DNA from: Eledone cirrhosa | Lineage: Eukaryota | DNA length: 64,000 bases | NCBI GenBank assembly: GCA_964016885.1 | Contig: OZ024742.1 | Location: forward strand, 170,128,001 to 170,192,000 | Direction of reading: 5' to 3' | In this document: piece after piece, positions 42,092 to 52,877 of the stretch | How the letters are laid out: each line of letters begins with the position of its first letter | Numbering within the stretch: the first letter of the stretch is position 1 | The notes under the pieces: model-generated | The model's database searches: none | Told to the model about the DNA's origin: nothing | What the model saw: the letters and a program-made list of their open reading frames with translations, nothing else | Program-made: the position numbers and the translations under genes

Positions 42092-42455
42092 TATGTATGT
42101 ATACGTACATACATATATGTATACAGACGTACAGTAGCATGTGTAATATATATATATATGTATATATAAGTATGTATGTATACGTACATACATATATGTA
42201 TACAGACGTACAGTAGCATGTGTAATATATATATATATAAGTATGTATGTATACGTACATACATATATGTATACAGACGTACAGTAGCATGTGTAATATA
42301 TATATATATATATGTATATATAAGTATGTATGTATACGTACATACATATATGTATACAGACGTACAGTAGCATATGTAATATATATATATATGTATATAT
42401 AAGTATGTATGTATACGTACATACATATATGTATACACACGTACAGTAGCATGTA
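42089..42455. repeat. Five tandem units of about 80 bp (AAGTATGTATGTATACGTACATAC...CGTACAGTAGCATG plus a TA spacer)
   Basis: Units start near 42089, 42168, 42239, 42322 and 42401. Confidence 0.9.
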
Positions 42456-42618
42456 TATATATATACATACAGGCACACATATATATATGCACGTATCAGT
42501 TTACCGAACATTTATTATAATGCTCGGTTTGTTCGTTTGTAAACAAACAAACAGCCTGAATCACGCCGTACAGTGTTTAGGCAACCACGTCACCTTTTTG
42601 TTCAACACTGACACAGGA

Positions 42619-42661
42619 ACGATGTACTCGTTTCAAGCTTATTAGCTATCGTCAGCACCGT
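42619..42661 (-). ncRNA. Minimal type-I hammerhead ribozyme motif
   Basis: Minus: ACGGUG CUGACGA UAGCU-AAUA-AGCUU GAAA CGAG UA CAUCGU, with a 6-bp stem I. Confidence 0.7.
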
Positions 42662-43093
42662 ATACCTTTCTGCCAGATGGTTGAACGTCCGAAAGTATAT
42701 ACTTTCCTTATGAAAATTAACGGCTGAGCAGCCTAATTTGCATATCGAGTGAGTTCAGTCGGCCAAGCGCACCGAAAACGATAAATGGAATAGAATGAAA
42801 CGAAATTTCATTTCTCACTCTTAGTACGGCACTTACTTAAATGTAAGTATGTATGTATACGTACATACATATATGTATACAGACGTACAGTAGCATGTAT
42901 ATATATACATACAGGCACACATATATATATGCACGTATCAGTTTACCGAACATTTATTATAATGCTCGGTTTGTTCGTTTGTAAACAAACAAACAGCCTG
43001 AATTACGCCGTACAGTGTTTAGGCAACCACGTCACCTTTTTGTTCATAAGGAAAGTATATACTTTCGGACGTTCAACCATGGCAGAAAGGTAT

Positions 43094-43136
43094 ACGGTGC
43101 TGACGATAGCTAATAAGCTTGAAACTAGTACATCGT
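43094..43136 (+). ncRNA. Minimal type-I hammerhead ribozyme motif; predicted cleavage after 43130 (GUA)
   Basis: ACGGUG CUGACGA UAGCU-AAUA-AGCUU GAAA CUAG UA CAUCGU; 6-bp stem I and palindromic stem III ACUAGU. Confidence 0.75.
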
Positions 43137-43410
43137 TCCTGTGTCAGTGTTGAACAAAAAGGTGACGTGGTTGCCTAAACACTGTACGGCGTAATTCAGG
43201 CTGTTTGTTTGTTTACAAACGAACAAACCGAGCATTATAATAAATGTTCGGTAAACTGATACGTGCATATATATATGTGTGCCTGTATTTATATATATAC
43301 ATGCTACTGTACGTCTGTATACATATATGTATGTACGTATACATACATACTTACATTTAAGTAAGTGCCGTACTAAGAGTGAGAAATGAAATTTCGTTTC
43401 ATTCTATTCC

Positions 43411-43452
<42 letters not shown>

Positions 43453-43537
43453 AAAAGGTAAACAGAAATAACAACACAATCGATACAGTATATGGAAGGG
43501 ATATATTAGGTTAACGCTTGATATAGCAGGAAAAGGG

Positions 43538-43573
43538 TCTTAACGTTTCGGACGCTAGTCCTTCATCAGAAGA
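43538..43573 (-). ncRNA. Minimal hammerhead ribozyme motif (Penelope-type)
   Basis: Minus: UCUU CUGAUGA A GGAC-UAGC-GUCC GAAA CG UU AAGA. Confidence 0.62.
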
Positions 43574-45484
43574 AAGAATGAGAAATAAGATAGACTGAAG
43601 GGACGGGCGGGTTGGAATCGAAAAAAAAATGTCTTTAGATAAAAATAACAGGTCCATTCATGTTGACATCTCTTGCAAAACTATATATGTGTGTGTGTAA
43701 ACGTTGTAAATAATAAGAATGGATGCTGTCATTTATTTCTGCATATAAATCCGTGCATGTAGGAACATTAGACCTTAAATCTAGAGCCCCAAAACACTAA
43801 CCTTAAATCAGCGTTTCTCAACCTTTTTGTCCCCTGTTCTATTTCGATTTTACAAAATAAAAAAATAAAATAAAAAACGCTACCCAATTCAGGTAAAATT
43901 AGTATGTAGTAGTGTATAAGCGTCGAATGGCAGTCTAGTACTGGGGTCGATTCTTCCTCTTGATCTCTTTGACTCTCTTTACATCTCTGGAAGAAATTGG
44001 CTATGTTCAGACCTGGAGAGGTAATGGACTCTGCCAAGTTTAAATGACTGTCTTCCCCGAGAAGAAATCAGCTGTTCTAACCTGGAGAGGTAATGGACTC
44101 TGCCAGGTTTAAAGTGCCCAAGACACACGCTGTATGCCATTATGGCACCCCCTGCTACCACGAGGCCATATATTACACAAAATATTGCCAGGCCTCACCT
44201 TAAACATTACTATAAACCCAAACTCTAACCAATGTTACGAGCACGTATTTCAAGGAATTTCACTGTTTTGATAATAGTTAAGTCTCAAAACATAATATGC
44301 CTTTTTATTGTCTTTTTTTTATATATGGTTCTAATAGTTCTCAATAGCTTTTGTTCTTATCGTGTTTTAGTCAATGGACAAAAGCTGAAGCCCGTGTTTT
44401 CAAGCGAGAATTTAACGAATTACCAATGTTAAAACAAGCGGAGCAAACTAAAAAGAATTTGTTAATACAGATTCGGTTAAAACATCAACTCAAGTCGTCG
44501 AATGAGACTTAATGTGTTATGTTTAGCGATAATAGATACAAACACCCTGGTGGTTCTTCTGTGTGGTTGGTTGTCAAAATTTAGCCGACAACTTTATTTT
44601 AGTAGACTCGTTTTTTGTCAATGAAATATAGAGGCCTAAGTCTTTTTTTTCTCTCGCCATTCCCTTCTTCCACACCATTCCAGATGTTTTCGCAAGCACC
44701 GATTCCTCCCAGAAGGGTTTGTTTATTACGAAATTTGATACACCCTATTATAATTTAACTCCGACAGCTAGCAAAAGAAAAAAAAACTGTAAAGACCAGA
44801 CCCCTTTGGAAAGTTTTTCTAAGTAGTTTAATACTTGTATTCTAGGCCCTCGTAATTGTTGTTGTTGTTTAGCCTTAGGTCAGACCTGATCAAGCAGACC
44901 TATGATCAAAGGTATTGTAGCTGTGAGCATACCGTCTTTTTAGCATCATCTAGGGAGGACGTACCTTATCTGTCTCTCCCTCTTTTATAAAAGACTGAAG
45001 TTTTGAGAAAGATTTGGCTGCTATTTATAGCAAATCGAGTGTCAATGCAGAGGCCCCCTCGATATTATAAGGTCGTACGTTCGATTCCTGGACCGGGCGA
45101 CGCGCTGTGTTCTTTCGCAAAATGTTTTATTTGGCATTGATCCTTCTAATAATAGTTGCAGTCGGTAGATAATATCAACAATGGAAAGATCACTGATCTG
45201 GCGATTAACTCTTTCCCTTTCATTTTTATAAAATTTTAAATAATGTATTAGCGTAATTTCGTTTTTCGATTCATCTGATATCGATAAAATAGGTATCAGC
45301 CACCTGATTTGATCAATTACTCAATCGGTTAATTGAATTACATTGGATTTATAAACAAATTCTGATCTGGCTTGCTCCGATCTCAGGCGTGTGTTCTACT
45401 TGTTGGTGTCATTTGGGCTCGCATTTTATATAACCTCCACCTTTAACAAAATTGATTTCTTACAGAGGAACAAGATTTTTGGAG

Positions 45485-45710
45485 GCGAGGCTTAGTGGTA
45501 AGGGTGTTTGATTTACGATCATAATGTTTTCGGTTCGATTTTTGGACTGGGTTGTGTGTTGGGTTCTTGAGCAAAATACTTCAATTCACGTTGCTCCAGC
45601 ATACCCAGCTGAAAATGAGTACCGGCAATAGCTGGAGGCTTAACTCTGAGATGAACTGGCGTCCTGTCCAGGGGGATGTCTTGTGCTCTCAGTCGGTTCA
45701 CGAGACAGAC
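45485..45710 (+). mobile_element. tRNA-derived SINE (family C)
   Basis: GGCTTAGTGG A-box, GGTTCGATT B-box, AAAATGAGTACC, then GAACTGGCGTCCTGTCCAGGGG. Confidence 0.75.
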
Positions 45711-45855
45711 TTTGGTTGATTAAAGGGGGGGGGGGTCTATATACAGGGACACCTCAGAATTTAATGGACTCAAAAAAAATTTTTTTCTGCTGCCATTTAT
45801 CTATAATATTATAAAGCTGAGTGTCGTGTGTATTATGTATGTGTGTATTATGTAT

Positions 45856-46290
45856 GTCAATGGCCATCCAAAATTACCGGGAGAGATGACCCCTTAGCCT
45901 TTGTCAAGGCAGAATTCTAGAAGGAAAACTCTGATATAACACCTGCAACCCTGATGGTATCCAATGATGTTGACTTGTTCTTCTTTTTGGTAAATATCAT
46001 CTTGGTTAAGAGAGTGGGACTGGCTTTGTGCAGTGCCTTTGCTCACTATAAAAGCTTCACGGCACAGGCATTGCTTTATATCTGGAGATCTCTCTGCACT
46101 TGTCGTGACATGGTACCATGGGCCCAGCACTATGTGTCAATAATTGTCACAAGTGTAGTGTTTGTACCAGAGTTTTCAAGTCGCTGGCTGGACTAAAAAG
46201 TCACACTCGTTCAGCGCATCGGTAGGGGGTTCTCCTACATGGATATAAAGTAGTGGCCGTACTCGAAAACGAGTTGGCAGCCACCATTAT
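45856..46290 (+). mobile_element. 5'-truncated copy of a short non-autonomous RTE-derived element with an (ATGT)n tail
   Basis: Near-identical to 47367-47800. Confidence 0.75.
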
Positions 46291-46336
46291 GTATGTATGT
46301 ATGTATGTATGTATGTATGTATGTATGTATGTATGC

Positions 46337-46367
<31 letters not shown>

Positions 46368-46384
46368 TGTATGTATATATGTAT

Positions 46385-47105
46385 GTTTTCTCTTTCTCTT
46401 AATTTCGAGTATATTTTTTTGACCGGCCACCTTCCTGGTGGCAAGGTTGTAAAAGAAAAGAAATTGTCATCCCTTGAATCGCAAGAATGTTTTGCAAATT
46501 TTGAAGGTGCCAGCTATCGCAGCCATTTGTAGACTATGAATGAGGGAGCTGCGCTTTTTGTCCGCAAATCCAAGTTCAGTCATACTTTGGTCTAAGCGGG
46601 TTGGTATATAACCCGTAGCTCCAATAATGATTGGTATGAAGCTAAAGGTGTATCTTGGATACTGGATTTGTAAACTCCTCATCAATGGTCCGTAGATGTC
46701 CTCCTTCTCCTGTATTTTTCTGACAACGTTTACATCAAGTGGGCAGCTGATCTCCACAACAGAACACGTTTTCAATGTGTGGTCCCAAACAACAATATCA
46801 GGCCGGTTGTGCTTTAATTTGGTGGCAGTTTTTATTTTCAGGTTCCACCAGTATCTGTCTCAATATATTCTTCCTCGTTTGTTGTTAATTTTGTTTTCCG
46901 AAGTGCGTTCCAGATGGTTCTAGCTATCCCATCGTGTCTCATGGGGAGGTAGTAGCGAGATGACATTCTTTCGCAGCTGGCAACAATGTGGCTTACATCC
47001 TCGATCTTTGTTTTACATAGCCTACATTTATTGTCAGCTGCTGGCCCTCCTCTTTTGTGCAGCAGATATTTGGTAGGGAGTTCTTGTTCCTGTATTGCAT
47101 AGAGA
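46385..47105 (-). mobile_element. 3' fragment of an RLE-type (R4/Dong-like) non-LTR retrotransposon
   Basis: CRLC..EDVSHIVASC zinc knuckle, RHD, then after a frameshift HNRPDIVVWD...VVEISCPLD...EKEDIY endonuclease motifs; (TACA)n on both sides. Confidence 0.9.
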
Positions 47106-47189
47106 TATGTATGTATGTATGTATGCATGCATGCATGCATGCATGCATGCATGCATGCATGTATGTATGTATGTATGTATGTATGTATG

Positions 47190-47812
47190 TGTCAGGTCAG
47201 CAGTTGGTGCTACTGGTAACATGTATCCCAGTGCAACCTGTCCCATGGTCGGGTCGTTGGCGACTAAACTGGCAACCCCACCAAGGTTTCTTGGTGAGGA
47301 GGGTGACTTTGGACATCCTGCAGGACTAAAAACAAAACCTGTCAAAGGGAAAAGGAGCTCTTAAGAGTCAATGGCCATCCAAAATCACTGGGAGAGATGA
47401 CCCCCCTTAACCTTTGTCAAGGCAGAATTCTAGGAGAAGGAAAACTCCGATATAACACCTGCAACCCTGATGGTATCCAATGACGTTGACTTGTTCTTCT
47501 TTTTGGTAAATATCATCTTGGTTAAGAGAGTGGGACTGGCTTTGTGCAGTGCCTTTGCTCACTATAAAAGCTTCACGGCACAGGCATTGCTTTATATCTG
47601 GAGATCTCTCTGCACTTGTCGTCACATGGTACCATGGGCCCAGTACTATGTGTCAATAATTGTCACAAGTGTAGTGTTTGTACCAGAGTTTTCAAGTCGC
47701 TGGCTGGACTAAAAATTCACACTCGTTCAGCGCATCGGTAGGGGTTCTCCTACATGGATATAAAGTAGTGGCCGTACTCGAAAAGGAGTTGGCAGCCACC
47801 ATGTATGTATGT
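47190..47812 (+). mobile_element. Short non-autonomous bipartite RTE-derived element: 5'UTR-like part fused to the ORF C-terminal C2H2 finger and an (ATGT)n tail
   Basis: CTAGGAGAAGGAAAACTC resembles an RTE 5'UTR motif; the 3' frame reads CSVCTRVFKSLAGLKIHTRSAHR*. Confidence 0.7.
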
Positions 47813-48070
47813 ATCCTACACACCCCTCTATAGTTTGTTAGCTTTAGTCTCTCCGTCGCTCTTCTCTCTCTCTATAATAGATCATTCCCCCTCTCTATAA
47901 TTTAACTGCTTTACTCTCTCTGTTGCTCTTCACTTTCTATATGACAACAGTTTTAGTTTTCCTATCTCCATTCAATATACACATAGAGAGAGATTTAGAG
48001 AAAGATTATGAAAACTACACACACACATCTACAGAGAGAGAGACAGGAGGAGGGAAAAAGAGAGAGATAT

Positions 48071-51000
48071 ATTTTTTTTATTAGCCACAAGGGCGCACAA
48101 GAAAAGGGGACAATACAAAGATATGCCGGGTATTGTACATACAGTCGTGTAAAAAATATAAAAACAAAGAATTACAACAATCGAAATCCCCAATAGGGGG
48201 GAGGCACCACAAATGGGTTGTTTAATACCCCGTCGATAGAACAACCACCAACTCCAGGAGCGTGTTGTGCAAGTGCTCCTTTCTTCCTTTTGCTCTCTTC
48301 TTCAACCTACAGGCTTATAAACAGAGAAGGCCCAATCACTCGGGCCATTTTCGCTTCATTCACCCACCTTTCAGTAAATTTACTGGGGTGCAGTGCCTCT
48401 CTCTCCACTCTGATTGTCCTTCTAAAGTGATACTTAAAGAAGGGAATCAATTGTTGTCCAGAGTAAAGGCATCTGTCCTCAGTCCTCTCAATTTCGTCCA
48501 CCATATAACTTCTTTCACCATAGCCACCGTACAGAGGAAGACCACCTCTCTGTCGTTTTTTAAAGAAGTTGGCGGTTTGATTCTTACTATGGACTCGGCA
48601 GTCAACTGGATTTGTCCCATACGCGACAGAAGTTGTTCTTCATAGTTCCACAGGTTGGTTACGCCCGGGCAGTGTACAATTGCGTGCAGGACTGTTTCAA
48701 TGTCCTGCGCGTCTTGGACACGTCCTCTTGGAAGGATCCCTGCCGGGGCGTCCGTGCCTGTAGATCTTGTCATGAACCGGTAGAGCTCCTCGGTAGCGCG
48801 GCCAGGCCAGGAACCTCTGGAAGTTGTCCATAGGCCCCGGGCGGAAAGTCCTACCAAACAGACTGGTGAGCTCATCGTCTTCGTCGCCCTTGTAATGTAC
48901 AATCCCTCTATAGAATGTCGAAGTGGAGTCTCCACTGATTGCTGCGCCCGCTTGCCAGGGGACTGTGAGCGCCTGAGCGCATTCAAAGTGCCAGCCAGGC
49001 GCCCATCGTTTTCGGTCTTTTCTTGACCCAGGACTGCAGCTCCGTCAGCGAGACGAGCTGTGGGAAAGCCTGTCTCACAAACGGTACCCACACTGGTTGG
49101 GGGTCGGTGAGGTATACCTGGAGATGCCGCAGCCTCAGCGCATCATCAGCCACGGCATTCCCGGCCCTCCGTTGGAAGGGTGCTGACAGCAGACGGATCT
49201 CCTCACCAGCTGAGCCTGCTTCTTCCACAGAAACTGGAAGAGCATGCGTTCCATCTTGGCGAGGTGTTCACGGGGACAAGGCACGACAGTCAAGCAGTAG
49301 TAGATGACGGACGCTATGAAGGTGTTCTCCACCTCCGCTCGACCTTTCAAGGACAGTTTGCACTCTGTCCACTTCTGGGTGAGTGCAAACACCTTGGCCG
49401 TGACCTCGTTCCAGTTTTTCTCCACCTGGAGGTCTGGACCGAACCAGACCCCGAGCAATTTCACCGGTCCGTCCGTCCGTCCAGCGTCCAACGACGCTGT
49501 CGGGCGTCATCGGTTTGCCTCTCCACGTACCGAGTTGCAAACCGACAGACTTGTCTGGGTTTAGTTTTGCTCCCGTCAGCGTTTCGTATTCTTTCAGTAA
49601 GTTGCCGATCACCCCGATTACCGAGGTGCTCGACACCATTACCGTCACGTCGTCGGCATAAGCCGACGCCGCTTTGCGCAGTCCCGGTTCTAGAGGGATG
49701 TCCTGCAACAGCTCCAATTTCCGCAGTAGTGGCTCTAGAGTCAATACATACAGAATGGAAGAGAAAGGGCACCCTTGTCGAATGGAACGCGTGATTGCGA
49801 ACGCATCCGATAGGTAGCCGTTCACCTTGACCCTCGAGCAGATGCTGCTGTGCATCGTCTCGATCCAGCCTCTGAACACGGACCCGAAACCGGCCGCCTT
49901 GAGAACCGCTTCCAAGTATCGATGGTCGACCTTATCGAATGTCTTAGACTAATCCAAATTGATCAGAACCCCACCGAAGCCGGGTTTACTACCCACCCTC
50001 TCTATGATGTATCGCATGAGGTGGAGGTTGTCGTGTATGGACCTGGTCAGGATTGCACACGTTTGCCTACCAGGTTCTCGACGACAAGCGCCAACCTCGT
50101 CGCTAGCACCTTGGCCAAAATCTTTAACTCTGTGTTGAGCAGAGTTATGGGCCTGAAGTTGTTAATTTCGTCCCCCTTGTTCTCGTCTTTCCTGATCAGC
50201 GTTACTACGCCTTTGCCTGCAGAACTGGGAATTCTCCCGTTCTGCTGCCAATTGCAGTAGACGGCTTCGAGGACGCCAGAGAACAAGTCCGGCATGCCTA
50301 TGTAAAACTCATAGGGTAGACCATCTAGACCGGGTGACTTGCGTATCCCGCAGCGTCCCGTATCTCAGTGGGCGTGATCGGTCTTTCGCAGAACTCGGCG
50401 TCCGTGTTCGAGAGACGCGGCAGGCCGTCGAGGTATGAACTAAAGTCCATTGCCCCGTTCGGCTCACCGTCGTTCTGCTCAAACAGTCGCGCAAAGTGCT
50501 GCTGAAAGGCCGCGCACATTTGCTTGGGGTCAAGTAGCACGCGTCCGTTTTGGTCTTTCAAAGACCGAATCGTGGACTTTTTGCCTCCGCCACTCGGGCC
50601 CAGCTGACAGCTTTCGCTCCTTCGTTTCCTAGAGCACGTGTTTTGCTTCTGACCACGCAGCCTTCGTGTTTCACATCGAAGAACTGGTCCAGTGCCGTTC
50701 TCGACGCTAACACTGTAGCCGTGTTGCTACTTCTAAGTGCCTCCTCTACCTTGGCTACTAGTTCTCTTTCTATTCTGTTTTTCTCTAAGGCTAACTCTCT
50801 GCTATACCCTATCGATTCTATTCTAATTGCTTTCTTGAGAGAGTACCACCATCTATTATTGACGATGGCTCCCGTTAACTCTTGCTTAACTAGTCTACTT
50901 ATCCGTTCACTGTAAGCTTTACGTGCCGGCAAAGACACGTTCAACTTCCAGTATCCGGGTCCCTGTCTATGTGTTCTATCACGGTTGACTAAGCAGACGA

Positions 51001-52225
51001 CTAATTTGTGATCTGAATAGGCAACCATGTGCATTTGTGGACAGCTTAACATCTCCTTGTCCCTTTCTCTAATGAAGAACCTATCTAAATACGATCTAGA
51101 TGTCCCGCTGCGGTTTGCCCACGTCCACTGTAGTGCAGTCGGGAAATCCAGTTGATACCTATCGGCCAGTTGGAATTGGGCGATTAAAGTTTTGAGGCTG
51201 TTGCACCCCGCTCTACTGGGACACGCTCCCACATAGTCCCATCGTGCATCTAAGATACCATTCCAGTCCCCCACTAAAAGTAAGGAGCGAGACGTTTCCA
51301 GAAAATACTCTAGACGCTTTTAGAAGTCTGGCCGTGATTGCGATTGTCCGGTCGGGGCATAAACGGCCACCAGTCTGAAGGCTCCACCTCCAATACTGTT
51401 CACGTCTAGGACTACCAGTCTACCCTCCGGGTCCAAGTGTACTTGCTGTACTTCGACGTCCAGGTTCTTCCGAAACATGACAGCCACTCCACCCCCACCT
51501 CCTGGCTGACAGAGAGATGCGTAGATCTTAAAGTCGTCGAAGATGGGGGTTAGTTGCTGCCTGTTATGGATCCTGAACTCGGTGATGGCTATCACATCCA
51601 TACCGTGTGACCTAAGGTCGTTTAAAAGTTGGCCCTGTTTCCAGGGCATCCCTAGGCCACGCACATTCACGCTTCAAACTCGTAAACTAGCCATGTTGGT
51701 GAAGAAGAGTTGGAGAAAAAGGACGAAAGGTGCACTTACCTTTTCGTTTCCTGGAGATCGGGTTGTTCAATCTCCATTTGGGTGCTGGATGGGGTGTTGG
51801 GTGGGGTGGGGAAACATTTTAACAGGACGCGGTTGGTGGGTTTCTGGCAGGGGTTGCCCACGTCCTGTGAAAATTTATTTTTTAGGTCATTATAAGTTTC
51901 CATAGAAACCCTTATAAGTTTAAGGTGTGGAGACGATTCTGTCTTGACGAAAGTTTTTCCCTCCGTCTCCACCTTGGGGTTTTGGGAGATGACCTCCATC
52001 AAATTCTTGTTGTTTGTGTTGATGTTTGCGTATTGTTGTTTGTGTTTTAGTTTGTTGTTCAGGCCGTTAGACAGAGAGAGATACAATGAAAGTGTTAGTT
52101 ATTCAGAGAGAGAGAGAGAGAGAGTCGGAAGGACAATGTGACACGGGAGGGTGTGTGGTATCTTTGTAGTGGAGTGGTGGGGGGCAGGTATACCTAGCCG
52201 AGCGCCAGCCGGACGGGACAGCTAG
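48071..52225 (-). mobile_element. Tx1/L1-clade LINE: frameshifted ORF2 (APE endonuclease plus RT) and only a remnant of ORF1
   Basis: NVRGL, AVYAP, GDWN, SYLDRFF and SDH (APE); FRPITLLNTELKILAKVLATRL, QGCP and AYADD (RT); ORF2 start near 51694; poly(A) remnant near 48071. Confidence 0.93.
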
Positions 52226-52244
52226 TAAATAATAATCGGTAGGA

Positions 52245-52400
52245 CTGTCCATGTAATTCAAAAAACATTGTATTATGTTGAATCTCCATGAGAATTACCT
52301 TAATAATACACGTATCTATGGAATGCTCAGCGTTAATTTCACGAGAAGACCGTTCCGTTCATGGAACAACTGGAACATTCATCGTCGAAACCGATGGAGA
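52245..52400 (+). mobile_element. SINE family B 3' body
   Basis: Matches other copies, with CpGs retained. Confidence 0.7.
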
Positions 52401-52877
52401 TTCATTGATACGATGATTAACACTTCGTTTCAGCCTCCACTTTATCGGACTTGACTCTTTGCTCTAATTAGGCTTGGGCAACTTTCCCCAGCAGTGGACC
52501 GCATAGGATGTGGCTCATCATAAGGAAAACCGCACTACCAAAAATTCAAGGCAATTTCGGAATTAGGCTTGCCATTCAGAAAGCCAAACGAGCTTCATGC
52601 CGTTCGCGGACAGCAGTTTTCTCATGACTGCTCTAATTTATTCTCGATTTTTCTGCATATTTTAAAGCTTCGATCATAATTCATGAATGATTTCTTAATA
52701 CCAGGTTGACAGCGATAGGGATGGAATTGATGAACTAAACTTGTAACGTGCGGCTCAATGAAAATAGACATCACAGGAAATCGATCGCTCGTATTGATTT
52801 ATAACTGTTTTAAGCTGGAAATATTAAAATCAATCCTTATTTATATATGTATTGATGTGTACGTGTGTATAAATATA

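Larger units (their letters stand above)
42401..43416. mobile_element. Penelope-like pLTR or retrozyme-type element: 444-bp monomer in partial tandem plus an inverted copy (A-B-C-D-A-B'-A'-D')
   Basis: Direct repeat 42401/42845; inverted arms 42781-43046 and 43151-43416; hammerhead in segment B; (TA)n flanks. Confidence 0.7.

Noticed and set aside
45799-45855. Second Helitron (A|TCTATAATATTATAAAG)
   Set aside because: Only a 5'-like end; no matching 3' hairpin and CTRR found
47200-47275. Canonical HDV-like ribozyme
   Set aside because: GG-hairpin-CUAA is present, but no consistent P1/P3 could be assigned
47657-47740. Host C2H2 zinc-finger gene
   Set aside because: A single finger at the end of a duplicated element with a microsatellite tail; fits a LINE ORF C-terminus
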